Of a stretch of 64,000 nt of DNA, positions 60,524-64,000 are shown in pieces. Under the pieces are notes generated by a model. It was not told the DNA's origin and made no database searches. It saw only the letters and a list, made by a program, of their open reading frames with translations. Position numbers and translations under genes: made by a program. How positions within the stretch are numbered: the stretch's first letter is position 1; each line of letters starts with the position of its first letter. The stretch is from NCBI RefSeq assembly GCF_009914755.1, contig NC_060932.1, one strand, 5' to 3'. The stretch comes from the human T2T-CHM13v2.0 reference genome, Homo sapiens.

Positions 60524-61077
60524 ACAATGAGATCACATGGACACAGGAAGGGGAATATCACACTCTGGGGACTGTGGTGGGGTGGGGGGAGGGAGGAGGG
60601 ATAGCATTGGGAGATATACCTAATGCTAGATGACGAGTTAGTGGGTGCAGCGCACCAGCGTGGCACATGTATACATATGTAACTAACCTGCACAATGTGC
60701 ACATGTACCCTAAAACTTAAAGTATAATTTAAAAAAAACCCTAAAAAAAATAAGGATGAAATAAAGACATCTTCAGATTAAAAAAAAAAGAAATAAAGCT
60801 ATTCTTACCTTATTCATATTTTTAGTTCAGATCATTGAAATATAAACAATAAAACTATAAAGAAAGTAAGCTTTATTTAAGAGATGAGTTTTTCTATTTT
60901 GAATGAAGATTGTACAACAGAAAGGTACCTTATTTTCAATTAGTATATATATTAATTAAATTGATTCATTTTTCTTAAGTCATAGCTTAGATAATTAACT
61001 ATTTAGGAATGTTTGAGCAGTGTATTTTAGGAAAGTGGTTTGGACATATGGTATTATTTGTGACTTTATGTGTTTAC

Positions 61078-61598
61078 AGCAGTGTTCCCATTTTCAGGGG
61101 GGATACATTTCAAGATTCCTATTGGATGCCTCAAACCTCAGACAGCACTGAGCCCCAGCCAACAAACACCAAGGTCACCCTTTCACTTAAAGGAAGCACT
61201 TGTGGCTTCTCTTTGGCATATCTAAATTGTCAGCCTCACTACTCTTGTGCTTTGGGAACATTATTAAATAAAATAAGAGTTACTTGAATACAATCACTAT
61301 GATACCATGGCACTAGATCTGGTAACCCAGACGGCTACTAAGTGACTAACAGGCAGGTAGCAGCTGACACAGTATGGATGCACTGTACACAAGGATGATC
61401 ACGCCCTGAAAAAGATGGATTAGGACAAGAAATTTCATCATGTTCCTCGGCACAGTGAGCATTTAAAACTTTTAAAAAATTTATTTCTGGAATTTTTCAT
61501 TTCATATTTTCAGATTGCTCTTGACCACGGGTAACTGAAATTGTGGAAAGTAAAATCATCAATAAGGGAGGAACTATCGAATAAGGGAGGAACTACTG
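61078..61598 (-). mobile_element. MER44 (Tigger7-derived) DNA transposon
   Basis: cagcagt...gggggatacatttcaaga left end; tttatttctggaatttttcattt...gtaactgaaa...ataagggaggaactactg right end. Confidence 0.85.
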
Positions 61599-61735
61599 TG
61601 TGTTTGTGTATGTATACTACTGTGTGTATACATATATATATATTCATCTTATGAAATATATCTGAAAGATATATATTTCAGATATATATGCATATATATA
61701 CTTATATGTGTACTTATATGTGTGTGCATATATAT

Positions 61736-62395
61736 ATCTGAAAAGAATTGAAATTTGACTTCAGTTTTTGTCACACAAACACATGTACTTGGGATACACC
61801 TTTTGCTTCTTCCTTCTTAAGTACTTATCTTTTTCATCTTATAAAATATATATGAAAGATATATATTTCATATATACATATATACACACAAATATACAGT
61901 ATATGTAATATATATGAAATATATATCTGAAATATATAACATAGTTTTGCAGTCTGTGTGTATACATGTGCATATATGTTCAGTATCTGAAATATAAATC
62001 TTTGAAATCTTATGAAATATATATGAAAGATATGTATGTGAAAGATATATATATTTCGTAAGATTTCAAAGATATATATTTCAGATATATATATTCATAT
62101 GTATTTCATAGGATTTCAAAGATATGTATTTCAAATATATATTATATATACACATTATATAACATATTTATATATTTTATATACATTACATTTATACATA
62201 CATTCATTATATTTCACATATTATGCTACTATATTATCTGACATATATATTTCATATATATTTCATACGATTTTAAAGATATGTATTTCAGATACCAAAC
62301 ATATATATATATGTACACAGACTGCAAAACCATGACATATATTTCAAATATATATTTCTGATATATATACATATACTATATATGTACCTGTGTAC

Positions 62396-62427
<32 letters not shown>

Positions 62428-62569
62428 GTCTGAAATACATATCTTTCATGTATATTTCATAAGATGAAAAAATTAAGTACCTAAGAAGGAAGGCCGCAAA
62501 GCCTGTATCTCAAGTACATGTGTTTGTGTGATAACAAAAACTGAAGTCAAATTTCAATTCTTTTGAGAT
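61736..62569. repeat. Long imperfect inverted repeat (arms ~61736-62039 and ~62241-62569) in TA-rich DNA
   Basis: aaaagaattgaaatttgacttcagtttttg (61741-61770) is the exact reverse complement of caaaaactgaagtcaaatttcaattctttt (62535-62564); pairing continues inward for ~300 bp. Confidence 0.93.
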
Positions 62570-63229
62570 TTAACTGCAAAACTGATATGATAATGTCATC
62601 TTCATTGTAAAGCTTTTTAATTGCTCCCAATATATGACTTTCTGTAGAATTCATTATGTCAGTCACCTTACCTAACAAGTGCATTGGAAAATGAGCTTTA
62701 TGATGCGATATAAAATTCTAACTTCCTTTACAGTCTGGTTATTATCTTCTCTTTTCCATAAAAAATATACCATAAGAATATTTCAGGTAGTAAGAAAGTT
62801 TTAATTAAATATATTTTTATAAATCATATAAAAATGATTTCACTTTGGATGAGACCTTCCTTCATCTTTTAATTTTATCATTGTATATTTAAAAATTAAA
62901 ATACTATAAAAACTTTTAACTGATTCACTTTATAAAGACTTAAGAGAGAGGGTAACTTTCGTATTCCAGTTTATTTTATTTGATAATTTCAATATTTGTA
63001 TAGGTACCGTCCCAGGACAGAAGTGTTTTTTAATTGTAGGAAGAAAAGAAAGCTTTTTAAATATTTGTATTTGCCATGTTACACTAAAGTCAAAGATCTG
63101 TGGTTGATATACAAATGTGTATATATGTTAAAGATACTCAGTGTGTTAAATCATGTACCTCATTACAGAGAAGGAAAAGTGTCAAACACATGTTGTTCTG
63201 CTACTCCAAAAGAATTGGCCACTCTTGAG

Positions 63230-64000
63230 CCACATTAGGAAAGGAGCTGCCCTCTCCCAACCCTGTTCATGCTCTGACCCCAGAGGCATGGACAATCTAT
63301 GAGAACCCACGCTTCAGACTGGGTTCTGTGGCTGCAACTGGTCCACCCATGTCCAAGATGCTACAGATTTTGCCATAGCCATTTAGTTCACACTACAGAC
63401 CCAGAGCCACGCTTGTGTTGCATATTCCCAGGCTCTGGGCACTGGCTCAGCTGCCTTAGCGATCTAAACCCTGCCACAACCCTAAAGCTTCTCTGACTCT
63501 CTGCACACCAGTGCTCCCATTCTTGACTCCCCTGCTATGTTACAAGCATCTATACCTCATATACTAAGAGTAATACGGCACTAGGAGTGCCACTGCCCCA
63601 GGCACTGACATATACTGGTAGGCCTTGCCTTGATCACAGAGCCACTGAAACTCTGCACATGTCTGTGCTCTCAGAAAAAAGCATGCATGAACTTCACATG
63701 CAAGTTATATGAAAACAGACAGTCAGAGGAGAAAAAGAAAAAAAATGAATGAAGAAACATTACAGGATTTATGGATAGGTCAGTGTCAAAAGAGCAAACA
63801 GTTAAGTCATAGAAGTTAATAAAAAAGAAAAGGACAACAATGGTGTAAAAAGCTTAATTAAATAAATAATAGTAGAAACCTTTCCAAATCTTGGGAAATA
63901 TATAAATATCCAGTTACAGGAAAGTCAAAAGTCTCTAATCAGATTCAATCCAAATTAGACTCTACCAGAGCATGTTGTACTCAAACTCTCAGAAACCAAA
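63230..64000 (+). mobile_element. Old L1M 5' region and ORF1 remnant, running off the window
   Basis: aaataatagtagaaacctttccaaatcttggga...atccagttacaggaa...agattcaatccaaa resembles L1 ORF1 (IIxENFPNL...IQIQE). Confidence 0.7.

Overview
This is AT-rich, repeat-dense primate genomic DNA, most likely human or great ape, judged from an L1PA2 and a young AluYc-type insertion. I find no recognisable cellular protein-coding gene, RNA gene or CRISPR array. The long ORFs are LINE-1 ORF1/ORF2 pieces or spurious frames in GC-rich LTR12C/Alu/L1 5'UTR sequence. Main contents: a full-length L1PA2-type element (54713-60750) with frameshifts in ORF1 and ORF2; a 5'-truncated L1PA2 in inverted orientation 5.8 kb upstream; two solo ERV9 LTRs (LTR12 and LTR12C); a decayed class III (ERVL-like) provirus; a MER4-group ERV remnant; and MaLR LTRs, Alus, old L1/L2/MIR and Tigger/mariner fossils. 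I cannot support a new biological system. The most notable structures are (1) a ~830 bp AT-rich fold-back palindrome at 61736-62569, (2) the inverted L1PA2 pair sharing several non-consensus variants, (3) a short 3' transduction behind the full-length L1, and (4) a candidate LTR12-driven spliced micro-ORF. Repeat subfamily names come from my recollection of consensus sequences, not from an alignment. Boundaries of old elements are approximate.
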